From NCBI RefSeq assembly GCF_006345805.1, contig NC_043021.1, forward strand, positions 13,516,001 to 13,580,000: a DNA stretch of 64,000 bases, written 5' to 3'. Position 1 is the first letter of the stretch; every line of letters begins with the position of its first letter. The position numbers were made by a program, and so were the translations under genes. The stretch is from Octopus sinensis (taxonomy: Eukaryota). Shown in pieces: positions 41,286 to 52,710 of this stretch. The notes under the pieces are model-generated. The model was not told the DNA's origin and made no database searches. It was given only the letters and a program-made list of their open reading frames with translations.

Positions 41286-41816
41286 CTAGCAGTATCGCCC
41301 GGCGTTGCTCGGGTTTGTAAGGGAAATAACTATATAAGCATTTTTAGAGAGTTATAGCCAAAAAATGCATTAAAAATGGAATAAAAAATTATGATAATTT
41401 TTTTTTTAAATCGTTGACTCAGTGTCTTCAAGCCATGAAGTCGTTGTTCTAAAAGAACGCTGGTCTCCTTGACAACGCGTTACGACGTTGATTTCCTTAC
41501 ACTCCCTTCCCCACAGCTTCACGAGGGAGGGAAGAAGGGGAGAAGAAAACAGGTGCAGGAGTGACCATGGACGCCAACTCCGCCGCCATCGACACACGAA
41601 AAATTATGCATTAAAATGGAATAAAAAATGATGTTAAATTATTTTTAAAATCGTAGACTCATCGTAGACGCGCGCTAATACTCAGACGGGCTCGATATGA
41701 ATCACGACTATAAGATACCCGGTTTTGGTTAAACTGCACCGCAAAATGTGGGAGTAGTTAGGAATCTAAATCGAAGGGGACAGACACTCACACAACTACA
41801 GTTTTATATATATAGA
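41286..41816 (-). mobile_element. Non-autonomous Helitron
   Basis: On minus: 5' TC start, 3' CTAG end, subterminal hairpin CCCGAGCAACGCCGGG, inserted between A and T. Confidence 0.8.
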
Positions 41817-41917
41817 TTTGACTGCTATTTGTAACAGTTCCAATGGACATACAGAATCGCATGCTGGCGAGTTGTGAAAGTGGATTTCTGATCGGGAAGC
41901 AAGGCTCGGTGGGTTAA

Positions 41918-42135
41918 CCCTTTCATTGCCAACCCAGCTGAAACCGGTTCTGGCTCTGAGTACAAATGTTTTGTTTTCATAAGTTTTGAATTAAAATTTT
42001 CCACCAAACATTAGTCACACTTTATGTTCCTAATACTAGCTGAATGGTAACTAAATTATTTTACTAAATTCTTTGTTATATTTAAAGTAATTGAAAGAAA
42101 CAGAGCATCTCAAAATAAATACAGTAATGAAAGGG
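41918..42135. mobile_element. piggyBac MITE
   Basis: TTAA TSDs at 41914-41917 and 42136-42139; TIRs CCCTTTCATT / AATGAAAGGG. Confidence 0.85.
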
Positions 42136-42174
42136 TTAATAGATAAGGGTCGAGCGAAATGTTGTGACATTCGG

Positions 42175-42365
42175 GGTGCTATTTAAGAAGAGTGGTCCCG
42201 GTGCGCGCACTCGCGTATCCGCGCTAGCTAGTCGAGACTACTCGATTTTTTTTTTTTTCAAATTCATTTACTTTGCTAGGTAGTCGTTGTGGGATCGACC
42301 AGTCACGACTAGCTAGTGCGGATGCGTGAGTACGCGCACCGGGACCACTCTTCTTAAATAGTACC
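42175..42365. mobile_element. Merlin-like MITE family 1
   Basis: Perfect 8-bp TSD ACATTCGG (42167-42174, 42366-42373), ~70-bp TIRs and GG...CC termini. Confidence 0.8.
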
Positions 42366-42511
42366 ACATTCGGTTGTACATCCAAGAAATGCACCCGTGA
42401 AAATGGTCTAAACGGGAAACACGAAACCGGTATTTTAATAACGCTAAAAAAAAAATCTATGAGTCACTCATCCGCTTTATTACCGTTCTGTTAACCTGAC
42501 AATCAAGTTAC

Positions 42512-43520
42512 CTTTCTAACGAAAGAACTAGAAAGGTTAAACAAGCAAACACTGATAGACATAACAATAAGAAATTTTAAGATATTGGAATTCTTAACTG
42601 AACCAGGGAAATTGAAGGAAAGGATGTGCGTTTGTGTGTGCTCTCGTGCAAACTGTGCGTGCCTTGAATAAAAAAAAAAGGTGTATGTGAAACCTGAGAA
42701 AAGTTGTAGGTCGAATAACAGAGAGAATATTTTGCTTGAGTAAACAAGGTGAGCCGTACGTATCCGAGGACCCTCTCTCTCTCGCTGTAAGTATGTAGGT
42801 ATACACACAGAGGTATCAGCGCCAAGCAGTGTTTAGGCATTAGCGAACTTCAGGTTAGTTAAAATATGTTTTTGTGACATATTTTATCTTCTAAAGGCAA
42901 ATTCACTGCAGTTACCGAAGAGCAAAAAATTTCTTATGGTGAAAGAGGATTTTAAAAAAAAAAGACCACCTTTTTTTACCGTAAGAGATTTTTTTTTCTC
43001 TACAATATCTGCAGCGAATTTACCTTCAGAAGTTGAGATATGACGCATACATACTTTAACTTCAATTCGCACGCACACACACACATACAAACATACATAG
43101 ATAGATAGAGAGAGAGGGGGGGTGGAAATGTATACAGAGAGAGAGAGAGAGCTTGATGGAGGGAGATTTTCAGTGGTGGTGCAGAGAGAACCACCTGTCA
43201 AAAAAGCGTAAGGTGAAAGGGGAAAAAAGGTTAATAATATTCGACTACTGCTACCCGGTAAGAAATGATAGAACTTCATACAGATGAATATTTCTTTCGC
43301 ATGAATTCGTAGGAGAGCGAGGGAGAGGACGAGAATGGGGGTGTGGTGATATTCATCTGCAAATGAGTGATCCGTCTGGCACGAAAAGCCATTATCGACA
43401 CCACCATAATACGAGTAAAGTTACACCTGTCTCTTGACACGGGTGTGATTTCTGATCGGCGGTTTTTCGAAGTAACTACCACTACTGCCAATGAATTAGG
43501 TGATGGCAGTTTCCTTCTGT
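42512..43520 (-). promoter_or_regulatory. CpG-retaining putative promoter with candidate non-coding 5' exons (ending at 43024; and 42693-42512)
   Basis: SINE-free, CpG-rich segment. Minus-strand donor ctgaag|gtaaat at 43023, acceptor ttttctcag| at 42694, donor gaaag|gtaact at 42511. Confidence 0.35.
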
Positions 43521-44211
43521 GAAAGAATTTTTTGTAAAAAAAAAATTTTTTTTTTAAAACACAGAAATGCAATTTTTAACATTTTTACCCCCAAATTCAA
43601 TGCCCTTTGCCGGCAAATTTTTACCAGATTATACTCATCTTACAAAACAAGTATTCATAGTCACTCTTACGGTCCTAGATTCGACAGAAAGAAAAAAAAT
43701 AGCGACGGTATTAAAATTGTAGCATTCTTTCGATATATCGAAGGAATTGCCTAAATTGTTTTACAAAAACTAAAATTCCAAATAAATTCCGAATGTGTGT
43801 TTCATACAACGGAAACTACAATTCTGGAATGTTTTACCCCAAAATTCAATTTTTTTCTGCACTCTTCTTCCGTACCATTTCCTTTCCTATGATGTAAGAG
43901 AACTCGAGGGAGCTGCTATTTCCTAATTCCACCCACTTCTTTTTAGACTAGTTTGCTGTCTAAGTAGGTCTACTCTGACCCAGAAAACTCATGATCTAAA
44001 GCATTCCAACCATGACCATATAATCTGCTTGCTGATTACGTTAAACCTCGAATATATTATTGATTACCGGTTGATAGATATTAATACAAACAATTTAGGA
44101 CCGTCGCTTCTTTTCTTTCTATTCGCAGAATATAGAACCATATAAACTAGAAACTCAAATAACAGTGCTACTTAATAATCGAGCTCTGGCCATTTGACAT
44201 GTTATAAGTAG

Positions 44212-44607
44212 CAGCCAAATCTCTTAAAATCACACCCTTCTATCTTGAAAGAATAAGAGTAGGGACAACAAAAAAGATGGGATAATCACGGGAAAATTCT
44301 TCGAACATATATGTGCTCGATCGCATTGTTCGTTATAGCAGTACCCCAGATACACAAGTTAATACACCTAATTTACTCAAAGCCGGTCTCTTTAAGGCAA
44401 CCTTGCCTCCAGCCAAATCTCTTAAAATCACAACCTTCTATCTTGAAAGAATAAGAGTAGGGACAACAAAAAAGATGGGATAATCACGGGAAAATTCTTC
44501 GAACATATATGTGCTCGATCGCATTGTTCGTTATAGCAGTACCCCAGATACACAAGTTAATACACCTAATTTACTTAAAGCCGGTCTCTTTAAGGCAATC
44601 TTGCCCC
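44212..44607. repeat. Direct tandem duplication, unit 198 bp
   Basis: cagccaaatctcttaaaatcac at 44212 and 44410; a few substitutions between copies. Confidence 0.9.
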
Positions 44608-45182
44608 CTTTAATTGTACATAACACTGTATTTGTTTCAGTTAATGGGCAATGCAAATCTATTCGTTGTTTTTTGACATTGTAAGGTTATTCGAATTATA
44701 CTGAACGTGTTTCTACTTGGATGGAATTTGTAACCATGTTTCAAATTTCAACATTTCTTGGATTATTGAAATTATTAAACCAACATTGTTATTGTATGAA
44801 ACGAATATTTTGATTTTTTTTTTTTTTAAATATATTATTGCTAGAAATACGAGACTGCTATAAAGTAGTTACCCGTACGTAATTAATCGACTCTAAATAT
44901 ATAAATGAAACTGAAAAAAAAAAAAAAACAGGACCTGGCGGGATTTGATCTCACAAATAACAACACTAGACTGGACTTTTGAGTTTTACTTTAGATCTAT
45001 GTACAATGATGTTAGCTGTAATGGTTAAAAATGTAAACACGAGAAATGACTTATATATATAATTACGTGTACACACACACACACACATAATTGCCCTCTT
45101 CTTGCGAATATAGATATATAAATAAACACACACAGACACACACACACTCGAAATGTTTTTGTATTAAAAATATTGTAATAAA

Positions 45183-46223
45183 TTACATTTTACGCTTGTA
45201 TATTTTTTTAGCAAACGTAAGAAATATTTCTTTCGGTAAATGCGAACATTTCTCAATTTTCTCCAGTAAAAGTTTGTAACTTTCTTCTTCGTACTTCAAG
45301 AAAAGTTCATCAAGCTTAAGTTCCTTGTATAGCGATTTCACACACTGGATCTTGTGGGGACAGTCGCATCCATAGTTTCGTTCCAAGACAGTCTTTTGTT
45401 CGTCGGACACTAAGGACAGGGCTTGCACAACCAACCAGCTACACTTACCGTCTTCGATGTCGGTCCCGATCTTCCCCGTTACGGAGGGATCTCCAAAACA
45501 ATCCAAGTAGTCGTCCTGGATTTGGAAGTATTCCCCCATCTGTAATAGAATATCCTTGGCTTCGTTATGGATTTCCTGTTCTTTGATGCCAGCCATGTAC
45601 ATGGCCAGCCCAACGGGTAGGTAAAAAGAATAAAAAGCAGTTTTGAATTTGACAATTTTCTTATATTTTTCTAGACTGAATTTCTCAAACTCTATCTTGC
45701 CATCAGGCGGAACGATGACCAAATCAAGCATTTGACCCATGACGGTCTTTGAGGTTATCGAATGAAATAACTCCAACAGTTCGACATAATAAGGCTTGCT
45801 GCGGAAATATTTCCTCAGTAAAGTATAAATCGACATTTCGAGGAAAAATGAATCGTTAATGGCAATTTTCCCGATGTTTTCCACCCGATACCAGCATGGC
45901 TTGCCTCTACGCGTGACGGAATTGTCCATAATATCGTCTGCGACTAGAAAGAAAGCCTGAAGCCACTCGATGCACCAACCTAAAATCCGAGCCAGGCGAA
46001 GATCGTCTTCGGAAACTTGTCCATTCATTAAACCTGTGTAGGCCGCCGGAACTGTTGTGCCTCGATTCTTTTTGCCGAAAGGAACATTATATGAACACAC
46101 TTCTCTCACTCTTTCCAGCAAATCGTCACCTTCAAATTGGTTTTTCCATTCTGTGCTAATATCTTCTAAAAGCACAGGAAACAACTCGTCGAACTTTTCA
46201 ATATCCGATAAATTTGCACTCAT
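45183..46223 (-). CDS. FDPS: Farnesyl diphosphate synthase (trans-prenyltransferase), 346 aa, single coding exon
   Basis: GKKNRG, first aspartate-rich motif QAFFLVADDIMD + RRGKPCW, GQMLD, KTAFYSF, second motif FQIQDDYLD, GKIGTDIEDGKCSWL and basic C-terminus KIYKRK. The FF upstream of the first DDxxD indicates C15 product specificity. Confidence 0.97.
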   Translation of the reverse strand: MSANLSDIEKFDELFPVLLEDISTEWKNQFEGDDLLERVREVCSYNVPFGKKNRGTTVPAAYTGLMNGQVSEDDLRLARILGWCIEWLQAFFLVADDIMDNSVTRRGKPCWYRVENIGKIAINDSFFLEMSIYTLLRKYFRSKPYYVELLELFHSITSKTVMGQMLDLVIVPPDGKIEFEKFSLEKYKKIVKFKTAFYSFYLPVGLAMYMAGIKEQEIHNEAKDILLQMGEYFQIQDDYLDCFGDPSVTGKIGTDIEDGKCSWLVVQALSLVSDEQKTVLERNYGCDCPHKIQCVKSLYKELKLDELFLKYEEESYKLLLEKIEKCSHLPKEIFLTFAKKIYKRKM

Positions 46224-46771
46224 AATTCCAGAGTGATTCCTGTAGATCTTAAATCAAGGTGGACACGTGTAGTGACTCCGTGAGAAACTTCTTCGGTTTT
46301 CCGCTTGTTTTTTTCAAGTCATATACTTATATATTCATACTATTCATGTATAAACTGTCGACAAGGATAAGTGCTTTACAACAATTAAGCTGGTAAGTAA
46401 ATCACACGATACAGCTTCACGGTGACTGGTGATCATGAAGGTGTAACCAAGTTGATGTATACCAAGTTTTTGAAGGCTTCTGTTGCTACTTCAGAAGTCA
46501 CGTGCCCGGTTATTTGCGAGATTATCGCCGTCGGCCAACCAGTTCTCGTCCGTTGCCAAGGATACGGTACAATAAACTTAATGGTGACTGCTGTTCGTTA
46601 CGACAGCTCCCCGACTGATACGCCTTGTCGTCACTTAACTGTTTTATGGCCAAATGACGACTTCATAAATTATTGCTGTTGTTGTTGTTATTGTTTGGAC
46701 CAACATTTCTCGGAAAAAGAAACAAATATATAAGCAAACCCACCACACAAGCAACTCTCACTCCTTCTGCC

Positions 46772-46879
<108 letters not shown>

Positions 46880-47395
46880 AGCTTTCGCCTTAGGAATAAA
46901 TAAGTGAATATATATTTTTTTTTACTTCCTTCAGTCATTAGACTGCGGCCATACTGGAACACCGCTTTGAAGAAATTTTGTCTAACAAATCGATCCTGGT
47001 ACATTTTTTTAAAACCTGGAACTAATTCTATCGTTCTCTTTTACTGAACCTCTAAGTTATGCGATATAAACAAACCAACACTGATTGTGAAGCTGTGGTG
47101 GAGATAAACACACACACATATATAATATGTAGATATGCTTTTATCTGTTTATTTATTTCAGTCATTTGACTGAGGCCATGCTGGAGCACTGCCTTTTTAG
47201 TCAAATTGATCACTTATTCTTTGTAAGCTTAGTACTTATTCTATTGTTCTCTTTTGCCAAACCTCTAAGTTATGGGGACGTAAACACACCAACATTGGTT
47301 GTCTAACGATGATGAGGGAACTAACACAGACACACAAACATACATACATACATACATACATACATACATACATACATAATACATACATACATACA

Positions 47396-47429
<34 letters not shown>

Positions 47430-48776
47430 CATATACAATGGGCTTCTTTCAGTTTCCACCTACCAAATCCACTCAAGAGGCTTTGGTCGGCCACGTTCAG
47501 ATGGTGCTTTCTACGTGCCACCGGCACGGGTATCACAACTACAATTTCCATTTCATTTATATTTTGATGCTGATGTTGATGTACTTCACTCAATAAGTCT
47601 CCTCAAGCACAGCGGGTCACCCTACGATCCAAGGCTAGCACAGAAGGCCGTCTTGCGAGCCATGAACTCACTTCATTTGTCAGGTTTTCACAGTCACAGC
47701 ATATCTCAGAGGTCTCAGTCTTTCAAAAAAAAAAAAAAAAATCCAATTGGACCTCGTTACCCAATTTTCTACAAACAATGAAATGTGATACTCTTTACTC
47801 TTTTACTTGTTTCAGTCATTTGACTGCGGCCATGCTGGAGCACCGCCTTTAATCGAGCAACTCGACCCCGGGACTTATTCTTTTGTAAGCCCAGTACTTA
47901 TTCTATCGGTCTCTTTTGCCGAACTGCTAAGTGACGGGGACATAAACACACCAGCATCGGTTATCAAGCAATGCTAGGGGACAAACACAGACACACAAAC
48001 ACACACACGCATATATATATATATACATATATACGACGGGCTTCTTTCAGTTTCCGTCTACCAAATCCATTCACAAGGCTTTGGTCGGCCCGAGGCTATA
48101 GTAGAAGACACCTACCCAAGGTGCCACGCAGTGGGACTGAACCCGGAACCATGTGGTTGGTTGACAAACTACTTACCACACAGCCACTCCTGCGTGATGA
48201 GTCCAAATGCGTATTTTTTACGATAAAACGTGGACAAGTTTTACTTTCCTCTGAAAACCTAAAAATGAACGGCTTCACAATACACACAAACACATGCATG
48301 CACACATACACACTATTATCATCATTACTATAGTTATAATATTGTAAGGTCCACTTTTCCATGCAAGCATGGATCAAACAGAATTAGTCGAAGCAGATTT
48401 TTGATGGCTTCATGCACCTTCTATCACCAACACTCACCGTTTCCAAGTAAGGTAATATTTTCCCCATGGCCGGACTTCTTATATAACCATGATTCTCATT
48501 TGAAATTATTGCGTGATGTCTTCAAGCTCGTTGTATATCCACATATATACAACTGGCTTCATTCAGTGTTCATCTACAAATTCACTCATAACGCTTTGGT
48601 CAGCCAAGATTTTTAATAGCAGGCACTTACTTCCCCAAGGTGGCACACTTTGGGATTGAACCCAAAACCATGTTGGGAAGCAAACTTCTAATCTACAACA
48701 GCCATAACTTATATATATATATATACACACCCATTCTAGCATGGAAAGTGGATGTTAAACGATGATGATGATGATG

Positions 48777-48813
<37 letters not shown>

Positions 48814-48819
<6 letters not shown>

Positions 48820-48962
48820 GAAATAATTTTATTCTCAAACGCAAGATAATTCTAATAATATAGCAAACTACCCATTTTTCTGCAAAATATGGTTACTTTA
48901 TCCTGTCCTTGTTATATTATTAGCATTATCCTGCATCTGAGAATAAGATTATTTCCTTATCT
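48814..48962. repeat. Fold-back element
   Basis: ataaaggaaataattttattctcaaacgcaagataat / attatcctgcatctgagaataagattatttccttat. Confidence 0.7.
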
Positions 48963-49031
48963 TTCAACACATCTCAACAGTTCTAAAGTAAACTTTGTTT
49001 ACTTTCTTCATAATTTGAAATATATATATTA

Positions 49032-49500
49032 CAGAGATGTACTTGCATAGCAAGTGACCTGATAAGAGATCATGTGCTGAAACAAAAACAATTACCGCAT
49101 GGAAGGTGTTTATAAACCATTTAAAAACACGCAAAAATCGTTAGATTCACTTCAACATTTAAATTTAATTTGCCAAAATATTTTCGTTGCTTTCAGACTG
49201 CGACCAGTTCACTGACAAAAGCACTGATGAGGCATGTGATTTTGTCAGTGAACAGGTTGCGGTCTCAAAGCGATGAAAATATTTTGGCAATTTAAATTTT
49301 GAAGTGAATCTAACGGTTTTTATGTGTTTTTAAATGGGTTATAAACAACTTCCACGCACTGATGAGGCATGTGATTTTGTCAGTGAACAGGTTGCGGTCT
49401 CAAAGCGATGAAAATATTTTGGCAATTTAAATTTTGAAGTGAATCTAACGGTTTTTATGTGTTTTTAAATGGGTTATAAACAACTTCCACACTGCAATTG
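49032..49500. mobile_element. Fold-back element with one inverted and two tandem (135-bp) hammerhead-bearing units
   Basis: The left arm (to 49220) is the diverged reverse complement of the right arm; 49221-49355 is repeated at 49356-49490. Confidence 0.8.
49241..49290 (+). ncRNA. Type I hammerhead-like motif with G3-C8 swapped core; copies at 49376-49425 (+) and 49169-49219 (-)
   Basis: TTTGTCA-GTGAACA-G-GTTGC ggtctcaaa GCGAT-GAA-AATATT-T-TGGCAA. Confidence 0.6.
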
Positions 49501-49585
49501 TATATATATATATATATATAAAACAAATTAAAAGGGAGGCTTATAATCAATTTGAACCTAAAAGCAAATTTAAAGGAGGTCACAA

Positions 49586-50014
49586 AAGTGACAGAAGGTA
49601 CTGACCAGCATCAGCTATTGCTAGAAACAAGAGTTAAAACGACTCAAAAGCCACAAGAGCACTGTCTTAATGACTGACAAAGGGAGGTAAGTCCCTAGCG
49701 TTTATAGATCGAATGATTTCGGATTTTGATGTAGACCATCTTAATCCTCGTCAGTGACTCTTAACACCTAGGGTTAAATTTAACAACCTCTGTTGGTCTT
49801 ATATAAGAAAACCGTTGAAAATGCTGAATTTTAAATGGTAAAAGACAGACAAAGGTAGTTAAGTTTAACTCTAGGCATTAAGAGTCGCTGACAAAGATTA
49901 AGATGGTCTCCATCAAAATCTGAACTCGTTGGATCTGACTATAAATGCAAGGGACTTACCAACCTTTGTCAGTCATTTCTTGTGGCTGGTGCTGGTCAGT
50001 ACCCTCCATCACTT
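49586..50014. mobile_element. Fold-back element with a hammerhead in each arm (49706-49759 minus; 49883-49940 plus)
   Basis: Consensus of the two arms: AGTCA-CTGACGA-GGATT..AATCC-GAA-ATCG tt CGAT-C-TGACT. Confidence 0.7.
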
Positions 50015-50023
50015 ATATATATA

Positions 50024-50955
50024 TGTGCGTTCACATTCCTGTCTTCTACCAAGAAATCTAATGCTTACAGCTTAGTTTTTTTCTTGGGGCTGGCCGAGTT
50101 GGAGCAAATATCAGAATTGAACAGCCGAAATTTGCTATGATGATTCGGTGTCTGACTGAAGATTGAAGGCTTCGAATGATTTGTCTGTGTTCCGTGTTCG
50201 TCCCTTCCTGTATTTCACGTTCATTATATATAAAAACATTCATTCTTATATTATTGCGGCGTTACGTGCACCCCCCCGTTTGTTTGTCCAATTTTAAACC
50301 CTGCACGACTTCTATACACACTGTCTTTTACTACCCGCCATTGCTTCTTCACCAAACTTTTTGGCGCCCTCCGATTCTTCCCCTCTCTTCCTCCCCTCTT
50401 CCTCCCATCCTCCTTAATCCCTTCTTTCTCCTTTTCTCTTGGTCACTGATTCTGTCCCCTGCCTTCCAGCCTCTTTGATTCCCTCTCTCTCTGTCTCTCT
50501 TTTTCTCTCTCTCCTGCGACCTGCTGCTTCTTAAACCATTCTGTTGGCCTTCGTATCTCGACCAACATGTGTCCCCGCTACCGAAACGGTAATTATTTCT
50601 ACGCCAGCTATGTTGTTGTTGTGTTTTTGTCTCATTTGGTCTAAAGTCGTATGACAACCATCGTTATATATGTTTTGTTTATTCATTACTGTTTTCAATT
50701 TCGTTTTCGTCTCTTGTATTCACATCCGTCTTGTGCGTTCACATTCCTGTCTTCTACCAGAAATCTAATGCTTACAGCTTAGTTTTTTTCTTGGGGCTGG
50801 CCGAGTTGGAGCAAATATCAGAATTGAACAGCCGAAATTGCTATGATGATTCGGTGTCTGACTGAAGATTGAAGGCTTCGAATGATTTGTCTGTGTTCCG
50901 TGTTCGTCCCTTCCTGTATTTCACGTTCATTATATATAAAAACATTCATTCTTAT
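50024..50955 (+). mobile_element. Element with ~225-bp terminal direct repeats (pseudo-LTR-like, possibly Penelope-related); diverged relative at ~53530-53910
   Basis: 50024-50250 is repeated at 50732-50955 around a pyrimidine-rich interior; no TG..CA ends or PBS recognised. Confidence 0.55.
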
Positions 50956-50983
50956 ATATATATTATATATATATATATATATA

Positions 50984-51381
50984 CTAGCAGTATCGCCCGG
51001 CGTTGCTCGGGTTTGTAAGGGAAATAACTATATAAGCATTTTTAGAGACTTATAGCAAAAAAATAGCAAAAAAATGCATTAAAAATGGAAAAAAAATGAT
51101 GGTAAATTTTTTTTTAAATCGTTGACTCATCGTAGACATTTTAGAGAGTTACTTCCCTTATATAATAGCGAAAAAATGCATTAAAATGGAAAACAAATTA
51201 TGGTAAATTATTTTTAAAATCGTAGACTCATTGTAGACGCGCGCTAATACCCAGAAGGGCTCGATACGAATCACGACTATAAGATACCCGGTTTGAGTTA
51301 AACTGCACCGCAAAATGTGGGAGTAGTTAGGAATCTAAATCGTAGGAGACAGACACACAACTTCACTTTTATATATAAAGA
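50984..51381 (-). mobile_element. Non-autonomous Helitron, same family as 41286-41816
   Basis: Identical 3' end (ctagcagtatcgcccggcgttgctcggg on plus), TC 5' end, inserted in (TA)n. Confidence 0.8.
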
Positions 51382-51399
51382 TATATTTATATATTTATA

Positions 51400-51439
<40 letters not shown>

Positions 51440-52078
51440 GAGAGAGAAAGAGATGCATACATACATATGTGGTTGTGTAAGTGGATGTCGAGAGAGAAAG
51501 GGTTGAAAGAAATTTGACAGCTATATTGAATGTCTGTCGTGGCAGTGGTGGTGGTGGTGGTGGTGGTGGTAAGGAATGACATTAAAGAGCAAAAACCAAA
51601 TGTAGGTCAGAACTCTTAAGCATTGAGCTGTGTTATTAGGGTCAAGGTGAGACAGACACCAAGTAGGCAAATTTCAACCCATGAAAGAGGCAGAAGGTAA
51701 GAAAACGGAGGTGGTGGTGGTTGTGGTGGTTGTTGGAAGCCCGTTCTCACGGAATCATAAAAGGGAAGGAAACAAAAAGACACTCACTTTACCTCTTTAA
51801 AAATATGCACAACATGAATCAGTAGATTCCCTTCTCCCTTCCTCACCTCCAAGAAAACTGTATGGCATTAACCCATTAAATCATTAGTGTGTGTAAACTT
51901 GATTAACAAAGAGACTGGCTTCAAAGGGAGTGATTGAAAAGAATAAATTGGTCCGTTCTCACTTGAGAAATTATTCATAAAAGTAACTGCAGACGAATAT
52001 TAATTGTCCTGGAATTGGATGAGATGTCTGGTAAATTAAATTGGCATACACAAAGAAACAGACACTCGAATACACATG

Positions 52079-52113
<35 letters not shown>

Positions 52114-52340
52114 TCTTTTACTCTTTTACTTGTTTCAGTCATTTGACTGCGGCCATGCTGGAGCACCGCCTTTAGTCGAGCAAATCGTCCCCGGGACTTA
52201 TTCTTTGTAAGCCCAGTACTTATTCTATCGGTCTATTTTGCCGAACCGCTAAGTGACGGGGACGTACACACACCAGCGTCGGTTGTCAAGCAATGCTAGG
52301 GGGACAAACACAGACACACAAACATACATATATATATATA

Positions 52341-52710
52341 CTAGCAGTATCGCCCGGCGTTGCTCGGGTTTGTAAGGGAAATAACTATAAAGCATTTTTA
52401 GAGAGTTATAGCCAAAAAATGGGAAAAAAATGATGGTAATTTTTTTTTAGTTAAAAAGGTCGAGTTGCGTCCCCTAGACAGTCTGTGGTTTGTGTTTCTG
52501 ATTCTCGACCCCATGTCGAATTTATCGATTTTTTTCAGAACTGGGGGAACTTTTCAAAATTTTCGCTGCGTTAGTTTTGAATTATGACATTGGGCTATGT
52601 GTGTGTCAAGTTTCATCAGAATCGGTTGAAAGCCGTGGTCAGGGTGAGGGTACAACCTAACAGACACACAGAAACACACACAGACAAACTGCCGTTTATA
52701 TATATAGAGA
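52341..52710 (-). mobile_element. Non-autonomous Helitron nested in the microsatellite of a family A SINE
   Basis: Same 3' CTAG/hairpin end with a different interior; the SINE resumes on both sides. Confidence 0.8.

Noticed and set aside
46422-46733. 103-aa plus-strand ORF upstream of FDPS
   Set aside because: GTG start, no recognisable domain, and it overlaps the probable promoter.
49224-49250. Canonical CTGATGA just upstream of the G3-C8 motif as an alternative core
   Set aside because: The following hairpin GGCA/TGTC is not followed by GAAA.
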